This document shows, piece after piece, positions 12,330 through 24,381 of a stretch of 64,000 bases of DNA (position 1 is the first letter of the stretch; each line of letters starts with the position of its first letter). The DNA comes from Tubiluchus corallicola (Eukaryota; Animalia; Priapulida). The DNA is taken from the NCBI GenBank assembly GCA_030141605.1, contig JAQGDQ010000136.1, positions 186,001 to 250,000 of the forward strand, read 5' to 3'. The notes below the pieces were generated by a model. That model did not search any database. It saw only the letters and a list, made by a program, of their open reading frames with translations, and was not told the origin of the DNA. The position numbers and the translations under genes are program-made.

Positions 12330-13145
12330 TCCAATTAGCTTTGCATCTTCCTAAATCAGGCCCAGACTCTAGTATTGAGTTTCTAAGCTTATAGTACCCT
12401 ATAATTATTACACAACTGTTTGTGACATTTCCTTTAGCTGCCCTGTGAGTGACCCCAGATGGCCCAAAATTTTTGGCCTTGTTCATTGAGTTTGATGTGC
12501 ATTTTATGCAAAGGTTACTACCACACACCAAAAATCTAAGATGAGGGACAAAAGGTTTTGGCAAAATAAAGAAAATTAAGTTAATTTGTCAAAGATGCTG
12601 AATGTTTTAACGAACCATGTCAAACCGCCTCTGCATAAGCTTTAGTTTGACACATTACACATTAAGATTGACACATTTTCTGCAGATGCCCTTTATGTGC
12701 CCTCAGGTGGGCCAACATTTTGGCAGTGTCAAACCCGCCTCTCTCCAAGCTTTAATTTGATATATCACTCGATATAATTAAGACGTTCCCTGTTGATGAT
12801 CTTTGCGTGACCTCGGGTGGGCCAACAATTTGGCAATGTCAAAAACTCTAGCATTGCTATGTTTTCTGTACATCGCATCTGTTTCGCCTTATGTGTTTTC
12901 ACAGAAATGGTCCCTGTAGACGACCTTTAGGTAACCCCAGGTGGGTCAACATTTGTTAGTGTCAAACCTGCATCCTCACCCAAAGCATTAATTTGATATA
13001 TTACTCGATATGATTGAGCCATTCCCTGTTGATAGGCATCCCCTTTGTATGAACCCGGGTGGGCCAAGATTTTAGTAGTGTTGAAAAAAGTACATGCATG
13101 ACGGCAATAGGTTCCCTTCCTGACTAAAATCAGGGGACCTAAAAA
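12330..13145 (-). mobile_element. Helentron-associated (HINE-like) element with ~110-124 bp tandem repeats
   Basis: GGTGGG(C/T)CAA recurs at 12706, 12816, 12940 and 13058. Minus-strand 5' end TTTTTAGGTCCCC-CTGA..TCAG-GAAGGGAACCTATTG has a poly-T target plus subterminal inverted repeat. Left boundary uncertain. Confidence 0.6.
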
Positions 13146-14009
13146 CAGGAGTGGTTAATAGATAATAAAATCGTCCTCATTGCAATATGTACTGCGATTT
13201 TCCAAATATTTATATTTATTTTCATTACAAATATATGTTAGCTACTGCAAAATTGTTTATGTGTGTATCTATGTATATTTCAATGAATTCAGTTTGAACA
13301 GAACTACGAAATGAAGAGTCAAATGTTAGGATTTCTAGTAATTTATACTGTTTGTAAATTGATCTGTGTTACCTCTGGCTGACCTTGCTACCTACCCCCA
13401 TTTGTTGAAACTGTTCATGCACCATGCTTCTAATATGCATGGACAGGTAGTCTTGTGTTAGCTAGACCTGCTTGGATGTATAAATTAGGTGACTGTGTAA
13501 AATTGTATCTAATGAGTGTTTTGATTGCTTTTTTCTAAGATTCAAGGATATGCTCTAATTCCATGAGTTTGTTTCCATGAAAGGTTGTTTGCTCAAGATT
13601 TGGATATGTTTTTGTAAGTAGTAGCATTACTATTAGTTTTTATTGTTATTGTTATTATTATTATTATTACTTTTGCATGTTAAAATTTTTTGTTGAAAAT
13701 TAAACAACACTGTAACTACATCTATATTGGGTGTATGACCACTTGCTCTTTATACCTGTTTTTTTCTGTACTGTTTTGTGCAGTTATACTGATTATAACT
13801 GTCACACATGCTACCATTATGTTTTTTTGATTCACATGTGGCTTGAATCTACATCTTGTCACTGAGTAGAAATAATACTGTGCAAACAAGAAAATTGTTA
13901 GCTGTTTTATTCATGAGTCTATGCATACACACATCACCGTGAATAAAAAAATCAACAAAATCAAAAAAAAATCAACGTATTATGATAACGTTTTGGCTGA
14001 CTACCTACA

Positions 14010-16385
14010 ATGTTCAAAAATGCTAAATTATGGCTAAGGCGATCATCATCAGCACCAGGGGAACCAACTAAACAAGACTCTACCTCTACCAGTGGAAGAG
14101 TTGACTTTTTGGTATATATGAATTTACCAAAATTAGAAGTCGAGGCCTATGATGGTAATCCTCGCAAATACTTAAGTTTTATCGCAGCTTTTAATAAAAG
14201 TGTTTACAGTACACCTGTGAATAGTGAAATAAAGTTATTCAGATTGCTTCAGTATACCATGGGACAAGCCAATGATGCAATACGCAATTGCATTCTGGTT
14301 GGCGGTGACAAGGGTTACAAGTTAGCAAGAGAACTGCTGAAAGAAAGTTTCAGTGATGTGAATTTTATAGAAGACAGCATCATAAATGAACTCAGATATG
14401 GTAAACCAGTGAAGTCTTTAGAGGATTCGCGACAGTTAGCCAAAGACCTAGTTAATGCCAAAAGGTCACTTCAGCAGATGGGCATGTTCTCCAAAGTAAA
14501 CCATCAGCAATGCATTACTGACATAGTGTGCCGCCTGTAGTTTTTCTTAAATAGAAGTATAAGAAGTTCACACTAGAAGCAAGGAAAACTAGAGGAGCGT
14601 ATGCGAAGTTTTGTAATTTGGTTGAGTTCATGAAGAATCTGCTGCAGATAATGCTACAGACCCATTGTTTGGTCAAGCTGGCAAACTAGTGCAAAGTTCT
14701 GCAAAGAAGCATAAAGACAAAAAGCATGCAGCATCTTTCAGTTGTGGTGTGACTGCTAAGCCACGACACAAGTGATGCATTATTTGTGAATCAGACAACC
14801 ATCCTGTTTTTGGTCAAAATTTCAGAAAGTTGAGTATGGATAGAAAAGACAACTAAAGACAACAAGCAGTGTGAAAGATATCTGCTAGGAGGACATTACA
14901 GGAAGGACTGCAAGAGTTCATGTAAGTGTACTGCTCCAGGTTTCAAAAAAGAACATTCCAGCCTGCTGCAGATGGATGCAAATACTACAGCATCAGCACC
15001 TGCACCTGCACCAGTTTCAACTCCTGCATCCAATGAACATCAGGTACACGCACGTGTTAGCATCCAAAGGGACACAGATGCTTATATGCCCATAGCAGGA
15101 GTAAATGTGAATGGCTCAACAGACATTCTAGCTCTTCACATAGCTTCTGTACTCAAGATCATGCAGATTCAGTAGGAGTTAGTGGTTCTACTGGCAACTG
15201 CAGTTTAAGCATCTTGTGTAAAGCAAAAATTCCAGTGATAACCCAGTGCATCAATCTTGATTTGAATTCTGCAGATAGTAGACCGCTGTTACTTGTTGAG
15301 GATGTTTATGTTGTTGATCATATACCCTATGGAGGCACCATCATTTCAAACGAAAGGATATCCTCATTTGCAGAACATTCCTTTTACCAATGTAAATTCT
15401 GATATGTGTATTCTAATTGGCCAAAACAATGCTGAAGCATTTGCTCCATTGGAGGTTAGGAGAGACAAAAAGAAAGAACCATATGCTGTTCACACACTCC
15501 TGGGTTGATGAATTAATAGAGCTGACTCAAATTTCCCAAAGATTAGTTGTCAAACTATATCTAATTTCGTCACAGTTTCTAGCTTAGAAAGCGATTGTTT
15601 GGAAAACAGAAGGTGTGGCATCAGCACCTTGGTCTCAAGAAGATAAATACATTCACAGTTTCTAGCTTAGAAAGTGATGTAGAGAAAGTTTGGAAAATAG
15701 AAGAAGGTGTGGCATCAGCACCTTGGTCTCAAGAAGATAAATACGTCATGTCTTTATGGAATAAAAACTGGAAGCTCGTTGATATACATTATGAACTTCC
15801 AATCCCGTGGAGACCCAGCGCCAAATTTCCTAACAACTTGTGTGTTGCTGTATCAATATTGAACCACCACTCTGAACAAGAGAGGGCTCTATGATTGATA
15901 TGATATTAAAATCAAGAAGTTACCGCAGCAAAATTATAAGTTCCGGGTTCTGAATACTAAAATACATATTATTGCACGTGACATCTGGCATTTGCCACAT
16001 CACGCTATGATCACTCCAAAGAAACCAGATAAAGTCAGAGTTGTCTTGAACTGTGAGCTTGAAGGAAAGTCACTTAATGATAAAGCCAAACAAGTTCCTG
16101 ATCTTATCAACAACAGGCTGTTTTCTTACTGAGATTCCAAGAACATGAGTATGCCATCATTGCAAACATAGAAGCTATGTATTTGCAGATTAGAATACCT
16201 CTAAGGTTCCTATGGTTTAATGACGATGATAAAGTTGATCAAGGCAAGATGACTTCTCATTTTCTTGGCGGTGTATGGTGTGCAGCCAGCTCAATCTATG
16301 CATTAAGACAAACAGATCATGATAAGAAAGACACTTTGCCTATTGTTAAAGAGACAGTCATTGAAGCCTCTTATATCTGCTGAAT
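14010..16385 (+). mobile_element. Decayed BEL/Pao LTR retrotransposon (gag, Zn knuckles, protease region, partial RT), antisense within a cadherin intron
   Basis: Gag-like LPKLEVEAYDGNPRKYLSF...KLFRLLQYTMGQA (14010-14540); Zn-knuckle remnants CIICESDNH (14776) and GHYRKDCKSSCKCTAPGFKKEHSSLL (~14890); protease-region ILIGQNNAEAFAPLEVRR..EPYAVHTLLG; Pao RT motifs WHLPHHAMITPKKPDKVRVVLNC (~15985), IEAMYLQI, LRFLW, FLGGVWCAASS. Many stops and frameshifts; breaks off where YVDD is expected. Confidence 0.92.
15570..15744 (+). repeat. Internal tandem duplication within the BEL element
   Basis: TCACAGTTTCTAGCTTAGAAAG...GAAGGTGTGGCATCAGCACCTTGGTCTCAAGAAGATAAATAC occurs twice, at about 15570 and 15653; the first copy has small deletions. 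Confidence 0.9.
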
Positions 16386-16539
16386 CTTTTTTATTGTGCA
16401 GAGAAGAGAAACTTGTTGAAGAACAACCTAACGGCAAAAGCAACTCACTGTAAAATATTATCAGATAAGAACAATAATTTAGAAAAGCCCCGTTACAGTA
16501 ATCCAAATGTAAAATTTATAATATAGAAGCAAGACATGC

Positions 16540-16930
16540 AACAAACATTTCAGCATAATCAATTTTGTCATATCAATAAGAGAGGATGGCTTGACAATGG
16601 GACTGATAAAAATACAGTGTCCTTCCAGATATCTCTAAGGAAAAGCTTGGCGAAACACTTTCCATGTTCATGCTTCGAAACAATATGCAAAACAAGAGGG
16701 AAAAATTCAATGCAGTTGAATTACGAGTTAGCAGCTAAAGGACTGGCAGATAAATTGTTGTTTAATTTCCTCTGGTAAAATACTACAGCTAAAAAACTAA
16801 GAACTGGGAACTCATTTCCTAAGTTTAACAATGAACAATTAATAGATACGAAAATAAAGGCAAAGTTCGAAAATGCCACTGCAGACAGATTCAAAAACAA
16901 AAACAGTTTAAGCACCATGAAGCATGCCAC
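16540..16930 (+). mobile_element. Possible RTE-clade LINE ORF2 fragment (end of endonuclease plus linker)
   Basis: HNQFCHINKRGW resembles the NQIDYILINKRW motif; KKLRTGNSFPKFNNEQLIDTKIKAKFENATADRF resembles the post-endonuclease linker. Degenerate, matched from memory. Confidence 0.4.
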
Positions 16931-17221
16931 TACTGAGGATAATGTTCAGTAACTTACATGAAATTAACTGTAACCTGGGACCTGGCAAAGTAAATGCTGA
17001 ATCAAAATACGAGTTTTACTGTATGAAAGCTATCATATCTTTTAACATCTGTAGATATTACATTTCAATGGATTTCAATGGATGCAATTTACTGCCTATT
17101 GGGCATCTAAAAATTAATGGGAAAATTGTTGGTTGCTGTTGTTGATGTTACTGTGTCAATGTTGTTCTTACTATTACTCTTATGAAGATCATGGTGATCA
17201 TTGTAGTAAATGACATCTTAC

Positions 17222-17275
17222 CTTACGATCAGAACCGCAGAATAAGAAGAACGAAAAAGTGGGTATGCCTTCGTA
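17222..17275 (-). CDS. Cadherin-like gene, exon 4 (EC1)
   Basis: Strong TTTTTTGCAG acceptor, AAG|GTAAGA donor, 54 nt, phase 0-0; YEGIPTFSFFLFCGSDRK. Confidence 0.8.
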
Positions 17276-18623
17276 CTGCAAAAAACAAAACAAAATACGA
17301 AACAATATTTGAATACAACAATGTCATGTAACAAAACTTAATGACAAGATGCCATATCACATTAGGAATCCAGTGCCTATCTTAGTCCCCCAGTATACAT
17401 ATATGTGCTTCATCCCATATTTATTGAGAAAGGATAAATTACCAAACAACACTTTGCCAATCGATTTCAAACAAAATCCAATGAACTGATTTTTTTTAAA
17501 CAAAAAGGTGAAAAAGAGTTGTTATTAAGTATCACGCTTTGCTGCACCATAACCACGATTTTTTATTGTGAGTGGAAAACCAAACATGACACAAATCATG
17601 GCACAACAAAAACAAGTCCAGGAAGTGGATGAAGGTTAAATTTCTGAAACTGGATAGAAACCGAAGCTCGTTTTTGCTTCATTTCTGTAACCGAATAGAA
17701 TCCAAAAATCACATTTTTGCAGTTTCCGATACCGAATCTTTAATTAGGCTAATTTTCAATATCAATGCCAAAACTGAACTAACTCTTACAAACTTAGCAT
17801 TAATTAGGTTTGCAATCGAAAAAAATTCTATTACTGTGCAAAATGTGAGTGGTACTATGTACAAAGAATTCAGAGAAATTTTGTGATATTTTTTGACTAC
17901 ACTTTCTTACTTAAAACTGATTAATACACTTTAGAAAATAAAGAACAAACATAATCATCATAACCGACATCATTATCACCACCACTACACCATCATCATC
18001 ATCATTTTTAGAAGGACAATAACAGAATTCTAGCATAAGTTGAGTCACTATTGAAAACATTCAAAATAGCATCAATTAGGCTTTCGAATGATTTGACAAA
18101 TTACTTATGCAGTGCATAACTTTTACAGATATTTGAGATCACATTTAAAGGTGTCAACACCGTGTAGTGCACACCACAAAATTTAACATTTATTAGAGGT
18201 TACACCAATAACAAAAGAAATTACATAATTTTTACAGCACTAGTTGGTGGCATATTTCCTCTTTAAACTGAGTAAATATGAATTATGAAGACTACTTTGC
18301 ACTTTTTTGCCCAACACGAATCGGATCAGAAGCAGTTAAAGTAAAACCGGGTCAGATCAAGTCCAAGATCCGATTCGAATTCTGAATAACCGAGTAGTGA
18401 TGCGTCAGCCCATCCCTGAATGAAATGGTGTCAGACAGACCTAAGAACATCAAGACATTACAAGTCCTGGCCAAATTTTGTAGTGCAAAGTTGCAGACAA
18501 GGTGAATTTTGTACTGTACCACACAGTACTCTTTACAGTAAGATCCACACCTTCGTAAAACAAAATCAGTTTGGACTCAAGGTGCAAATAATATGAGAAC
18601 TTGTATTAACCACATAAACTTAC

Positions 18624-18766
18624 GATTAAATGCCCAATAGTTTCATTACAAATAATCTCCAAAAATCCTTCATCAGTCACGTTTAGTCGAAAATAATGGT
18701 AGTAGTCACCAGATTCTTCAATTGTGGGGTCTCCATTATAGCTATTAAATGTGGCAATTACTTCAC
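18624..18766 (-). CDS. Cadherin-like gene, exon 3 (EC1)
   Basis: AG/GTAAGT boundaries, phase 1-0, open frame (G)EVIATFNSYNGDPTIEESGDYYHYFRLNVTDEGFLEIICNETIGHLI. Confidence 0.85.
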
Positions 18767-20469
18767 CTACAGTGATTCAAAACACAATAAGTGATCATCA
18801 ATAGACATGAAAAAGGAGTGTTATATTATGAAACAATATTTATGTCATTACACATAACACTAAATGGGTAATACATGTGCTAGGGAAAGATAACAATTGG
18901 CAAAGAAACTGGTTATTACAAATTTTATGTAGAGCAAGGAATCAGTGTCAAAATGCAATGTTTTAGGCCACAGCTGGTTGTGCAAATTTAGCAATTTTTT
19001 TCTACCAGAAGTGGGGACAGGCAGCCTGTCTAGGCAAAAATTTGTCTGACCCCATTGTAACTGCAGAGAATCCTACACAACATTTAATTTTGTACAGCAT
19101 TTTTATAACATTACATAAAATATTTTCCTGATACACTACTCGCGTTTTTTCTACCTAATTTGTATTTGATAGTAAATTTTTCATTCAAGTCATTTTCATA
19201 AATAATTCCCATATGACTGTTTTCCACTGTTATGCTGTCAAATTCAGTACATACATGCTGCATGAGAGACAAGTAATTGCATCAACAGCATCATATGAAG
19301 TAAAGAAAAAATGAATTTCAATAGGTGAATATCCTTGTAGAATTTTGTGTAGAAAATATTGATATACTAACCGCATATATTTTAGCCAAACATATTCGCA
19401 TTTCGTCTGTTTTCTTTCATATTTTTACTTTTTTAAAATTAATAAATTATTCAGTGCACGAGCAAGTGGAGTGGTTAAAATCTAGCATGTGCCAGCGAGA
19501 TTGTAATAACATGGCAGCATCCTCGTAACACAAGTGAGTTAAGAACTTATTGTGATTCGGCATTTACATGCTTTTAAGACATCCAGATTATTTAAAACTA
19601 GGTCGCAAATATTGTAATTTTATGTAAATGAGGCACTGCTAATTGTGTACCTCAACTTAGAAAAGATACAAGGTTTTACAAATATGGAAACGCAGAAAAT
19701 ATGCCAAGCTTAGCTCACCAGCCATGAGGTATGCAGATAACTTTTGCCGGCCATCGAGCTGATTTCCGGGAGGACCGGCATTAAAATTTGCACCTTAGTA
19801 AGCATATTAAATTTGCAATGTATTGTACTACAAGATTTTTATACCTCTACAACAACGATGTTTCCGTGCCGATAGCAAACTTACGTCTATGTTTGCACAA
19901 GGTTTATTTATGGCACATTCTGGCAGAGATAAGTTGAAGCCAATGCCACAGCAGACATTTTTATATGTATTTTAAAATAGTTCAGTTTTAATCTTTTTCT
20001 TTAGAACCTAGCTCCTTCATACAAGATTAGGAATGAATTTAACTTTTTGGCAATCAGCAGAGATTCCTAGAAAGTATACAAAGTAAAAAATCTTTGACAT
20101 CTCTAACAGCATACTCTGAGGCTGTGATCGCACACAATAATTGCACCTGTGCTGAAGACCACATTTCCTGGAACTTAACTATTAAAAACTTCAAGCAGTC
20201 ACCAGTCCCACTCAAAGAATGCCATCGTTATGCATTTATTCAGTTAATAGTGTAAAGGAGACAAACAAAATACAGAACAACCTGGTAATGGAATGTCAGG
20301 ATGCCAAAATTTCAGAAAAGGGATAACATTAAACAACTAAAGGTACATATATAGAGACCGAGAAAAAATAAAATGCCTATACAGGGACACCTCAAAATGC
20401 AAAAAAGTCAGGATGGATGACCTTGCTACCGATGGTCGTTTGTGTCCATTATGAGCAAATGTGGTAGTT

Positions 20470-21547
20470 TCTCATCAAGATTTTGCAAATACTCATTTAT
20501 TTATTGAGAGTCTAATTTTAAAATATAATAACTCCAAAACTAAAACAGCTAGAGTCACAAAACTTGGAGGACAGGAGGACTGACACTGGTATGGAGACCA
20601 TTGACTTCAGAACAAACGATTAATTGACATTCACCAGTTTTCCGATTATTGCTCAACTCCATCTAGGGCTTTGAAATAAATTCGAATCTTTTTACACTAG
20701 TGTGGCCTTTTTGAGGTAGATGTGCATTAAGTATTTTTCAGAAATTAGAGTCCAAAAAAATTCTGAGATAGGAGCTAAGATGCAAAGATTAGGGCGAACA
20801 AATTTGTCACTTGATTGCTCTTACAGTACTGGACAAGTAGCCACTGTTCATGTATGCGAGTAGGCGCATGTGTTTAGATGTGCATTAAGTATTTTTCAAA
20901 AAGTAGGAGTGGCCAGGTCATGTAACATTGGTGAGAGTGTTAAGTTCAGCACCAAGGGTACAAGCTCAAACAATGTACTACTGAGCTATGATTTTGGGGT
21001 AAAAGATCAAGGACAGTAGACATATATCCATTTTTCATTAAGCTCTAGCTCCTCCTACAGTTTTTGAGCTACAACCATAATTTTTGGTATGTGGCTAGAT
21101 GGGCTCAAATTGTTATGCACGACTGAATATGCTTCATTTTGGATAATGAAAAAATTTTCTGCTAGGAACCAAAAACTCAAAATGGGTGAGTTGTCACAGG
21201 TGTCGTTCCACTCTTGAGAATAGTGGCTTTCATAGTACATCTAATGAAGTCTCAATGAGACAAGGTTGGTCAGAGATTAGTTGACCCTGACCCAACACCA
21301 TGAGTGAAAATGTCATAATTTGACATTGCATTGAAATCAAATGCAATTCTTAGATACTCATCACGAATTTATTGCAGACAATACTGAGACCTTCAGACTC
21401 AGACACATGGGGCTGTGGGTCCGAAAATGATAAGTTTCAGTTTGAGGCAGAGATCAAATTGGCACAAATTTTCCACAGACAGCGAATGCAGTTTTGATCA
21501 TACAGCAGAATCTTAAGTTTAGGACTTGGTCATAAACAGCAATCTAG
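20470..21547 (+). mobile_element. Diverged second copy of Helitron/Helentron-type family A
   Basis: 5' AAGATTTTGC is the inverse of 3' GCAGAATCTT; shares the AACTC..AAAC..AGCTA.AGTC..AAACT block with ~4835-4880; 3' hairpin GTTTAGGAC-TTG-GTCATAAAC (21517-21537), then CTAG (21544-21547) followed by T. Confidence 0.6.
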
Positions 21548-22113
21548 TTCTTACTGTTGTTCATACTGTTTATGCTAGACACAGAGTGTTGTTAGACATC
21601 AACTTTTAATTAATGTTAACTTGCTTTGACAATGATATTGTATGGTAAATGCTGTCCTCAGGCAAAGAGTCGAGAACACTGAACAACTCCTCCTTGGGCT
21701 TCGAGCTAAATTTAAATTTTTTTCGTAAGTATTAAAGCACCTGGGGCAAATGGTTTTGTTACCTAAGGTTTAGGTCATGAAAGTTGCAGGGGAGGGGTAT
21801 AGACATCGTGGCATCGTGAATACAACATCTAAATGAAAATTAATTACCTTTATGTAACAACTCAGCCTCATCTATAACTGCTTAAAGATACCACAAAAAA
21901 TCAAAAAGTCCACAACTTGATTTAAGAAGTCAGTTATTCTGAAGAACACATTCACCGTGAAATATTATTGGAATCAGCATCACTGAGTGTTCAAGATAGC
22001 CGCCCATAGTTAATCAATATTGTCTCTTTCCATATTAATGTCGAAGCATCAGTTTCTATTATAAAGGTGAACTAGGTGACTAATATGTGTAGTTCTTTAG
22101 ACTAAATACTCAC

Positions 22114-22200
22114 CTTCATTAGCATCTGTTTCGTCTACATAGATATCCACATACACACCATCTATATTGACATGGGCATCGTCAGACTGTAAGTTACATT
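22114..22200 (-). CDS. Cadherin-like gene, exon 2 (start of EC1)
   Basis: TTTTTAG acceptor, GTGAGT donor, phase 1-1; (E)CNLQSDDAHVNIDGVYVDIYVDETDANE(G). Confidence 0.85.
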
Positions 22201-23054
22201 CTAAAAAGGCAAAAGTGGAAGCTTTATTTGTTAGGTTGTTGCACTTAAAAATTATTGTCGTAAATAGTTATTCTATAAAACATTCCTTCATCTTTTTTAT
22301 TTTTAAACTCAAATTTTAATTTTCCACAGCTTAAGTTTTTTATAACCACATTTTTACTTCCACTCTGTGATTGTTTATTACACTGCTCTTAATCGTAATT
22401 TTAATTGTTTTACACTTTTACTTCTACTATTTCCATATATGCAATTTTAATTCAGTTTAGTTTTAAGGATAAAAAATTCAAGGTCATAGACAGATTGGTT
22501 GATTTTGTTACTTTGTATATTAGCTCGGTTTTCCATCAGTATGTCGCCCAAAAATCTAGGAACTACCTTAGTACATAGTACTTTAAAAGTATACAATTTC
22601 AAAGAAATTCCTATCCAAAACGAAAACTATTAATTTTCTGAAAGAAGGTACTGGTAGAACTCTAAAAAATGGTATGGGTCACCACTAACTTGTATGAATA
22701 ACTTGTAGACATTGAAATGACATACGTTTTATTAGAAAAATCTGTTCTTTTTTATATAAGGTAAACAATGAAAAAAGTGAATGAGCATTTTCACTTTATT
22801 TTTAGATTAAAATTGTGGATAAGGTAGATAAGATCTAAATCACACCGAGATAATATTGCACATTGTCACACAAACAATTTAGCATTACATATAATTACTT
22901 AAATGGCTTTGCTTGCATTACTAACTGTTTGTGCCTGTTAACTAGATTAGAAGTGTCAGTGTGACATAAGAATATCACACTTCCTCGTAAAAATAAAAAA
23001 AACTGCATCAGACTCAAAATTTTCCGATTGCTGTAATTGCTGAAGAAAAATTAC

Positions 23055-23145
23055 CTTGGCTAGCTACATGGGAAAACAGAGACAACACCATAATCATCAC
23101 CATACCAACTTTTCCTAGGGACTGTATGCTCACACCTGCAGCCAT
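23055..23145 (-). CDS. Cadherin-like gene, coding exon 1 (start codon and signal peptide)
   Basis: ATG in AAACA-ATG-G context; MAAGVSIQSLGKVGMVMIMVLSLFSHVASQ has a hydrophobic core ending VAS-Q; donor G|GTAATT, phase 1. Upstream acceptor TTTTTAG at 23182-23183 means the exon begins at 23181 with 5'UTR. Confidence 0.85.
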
Positions 23146-23243
23146 TGTTTTATACTGTCTGGACAATGTACCACCAATTCACTAAAAATAAAACATAAAT
23201 AGATACTGCAATTAATAACTATGTAAAAATTATCAATACATAA

Positions 23244-23308
23244 ACACACACGCATGCACGCACACACACACACACACACACACGCACGCACGCACACACA
23301 CACACACA
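23244..23308. repeat. (CA)n / (CACG)n microsatellite
   Basis: Seen directly. Confidence 0.95.
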
Positions 23309-24345
23309 TATACAGTTTATTCATATATTTATTAATTTTATTAATACAAGATTTTCTCGGCAACATCTCGTTTTCAAGCAAATTTTTTATCGAAACACCG
23401 CATACAAAAACTATAACGGAGAAGCTTCATTGGGGTCTTGGAGAAAGTTTTATAGTTGTCTTAGAAAGGGAAACATCTTCAATGTCGCACAAGTAGTTTT
23501 TTAAGACACCTAAACTAATGTGAATGTCATTTGTGTAATTTTAGTTTGAGTTTCGTGAAATTATCACTTCGAATTTTAAGAGTCCTGTAAATGTGTGAGC
23601 TCATCATCATGCAGACTTTTATAACACTTGGATACAGACCAATATTACAGAACTCTTCCACAGTATAAATAGTAAGACACTTGCTTAGTGATATCAATTT
23701 ATTCACAGATGCGAGTTCAAATTCCAATTTAATTTTTTGTGTTTTTTTGGTCCACGCACTATTAGTCATTAGTGCATGAATCTAACAATACGTTATTATA
23801 CACAATTTCGACTCTGTGTAAAGTTTTTTGAAGGATGTGCTAGTATATAACATAGTTTTTAATGCTGTTTCAGCATTCAAAAATTTTTGCACTAAATAAT
23901 AAGTCTAAGTCTTCCTCACTCACCCACACTTACATTACAGAGGTGTTGTTTAGACTGATTTTTCCTTAATAACATTGATAATGTTTTTATTCTTTGCCCA
24001 CTGTTTCTTAAGAATTCTGCAAATTTCTGGATCAGGTGGATCAATGGCAAAGTTAGATGCCACAAAACACTGGCTGGGTAAGCGGGCATTTTGCACTACT
24101 GATAAGCATCAACAACAAACCCTGTTTTTTTCTACATCAACAAATAAACACATATTGTTATAGAAAGAAGAGTAGTTACTTAAAAAAATTGTAAGCACTA
24201 TTTTTCTTTGGGCATTGTCTAAAAGTGGGCTATCCTAAACTTGCTATTTTCTATGTTTTTTTATCACGTTTTATCAATGTTTTTTTATCACGATTCACTT
24301 TAAATTTTCAGATTATCTCCATTACTTTTTTTTCTATCACTGCGT

Positions 24346-24381
24346 GGGACAATCTAACAAGCCTTGCTTTTTGATTGCCCG
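24346..24381 (+). mobile_element. L2/Crack-like LINE 3'UTR stem-loop remnant
   Basis: GGGACAATC-TAAC-AAGC-CTT-GCTT-TTT-GATTGCCC forms nested stems; same two-stem layout as the hairpins at ~11593 and ~58102. Confidence 0.4.

Noticed and set aside
13280-13330. Possible BEL LTR remnant (TTCAGTTTGAACAGAACTACG)
   Set aside because: No second LTR, primer-binding site or TSD could be found to confirm it.
17227-17275. Alternative GTAAGG donor 5 nt inside cadherin exon 4
   Set aside because: Gives a 49-nt frameshifting exon; the 17222 donor keeps the frame.
17619-18418. Possible hAT-type MITE (CAGGAAGTGG ... CCATCCCTG with CCGA-rich subterminal motifs)
   Set aside because: TIR match is poor and there is no 8-bp TSD.
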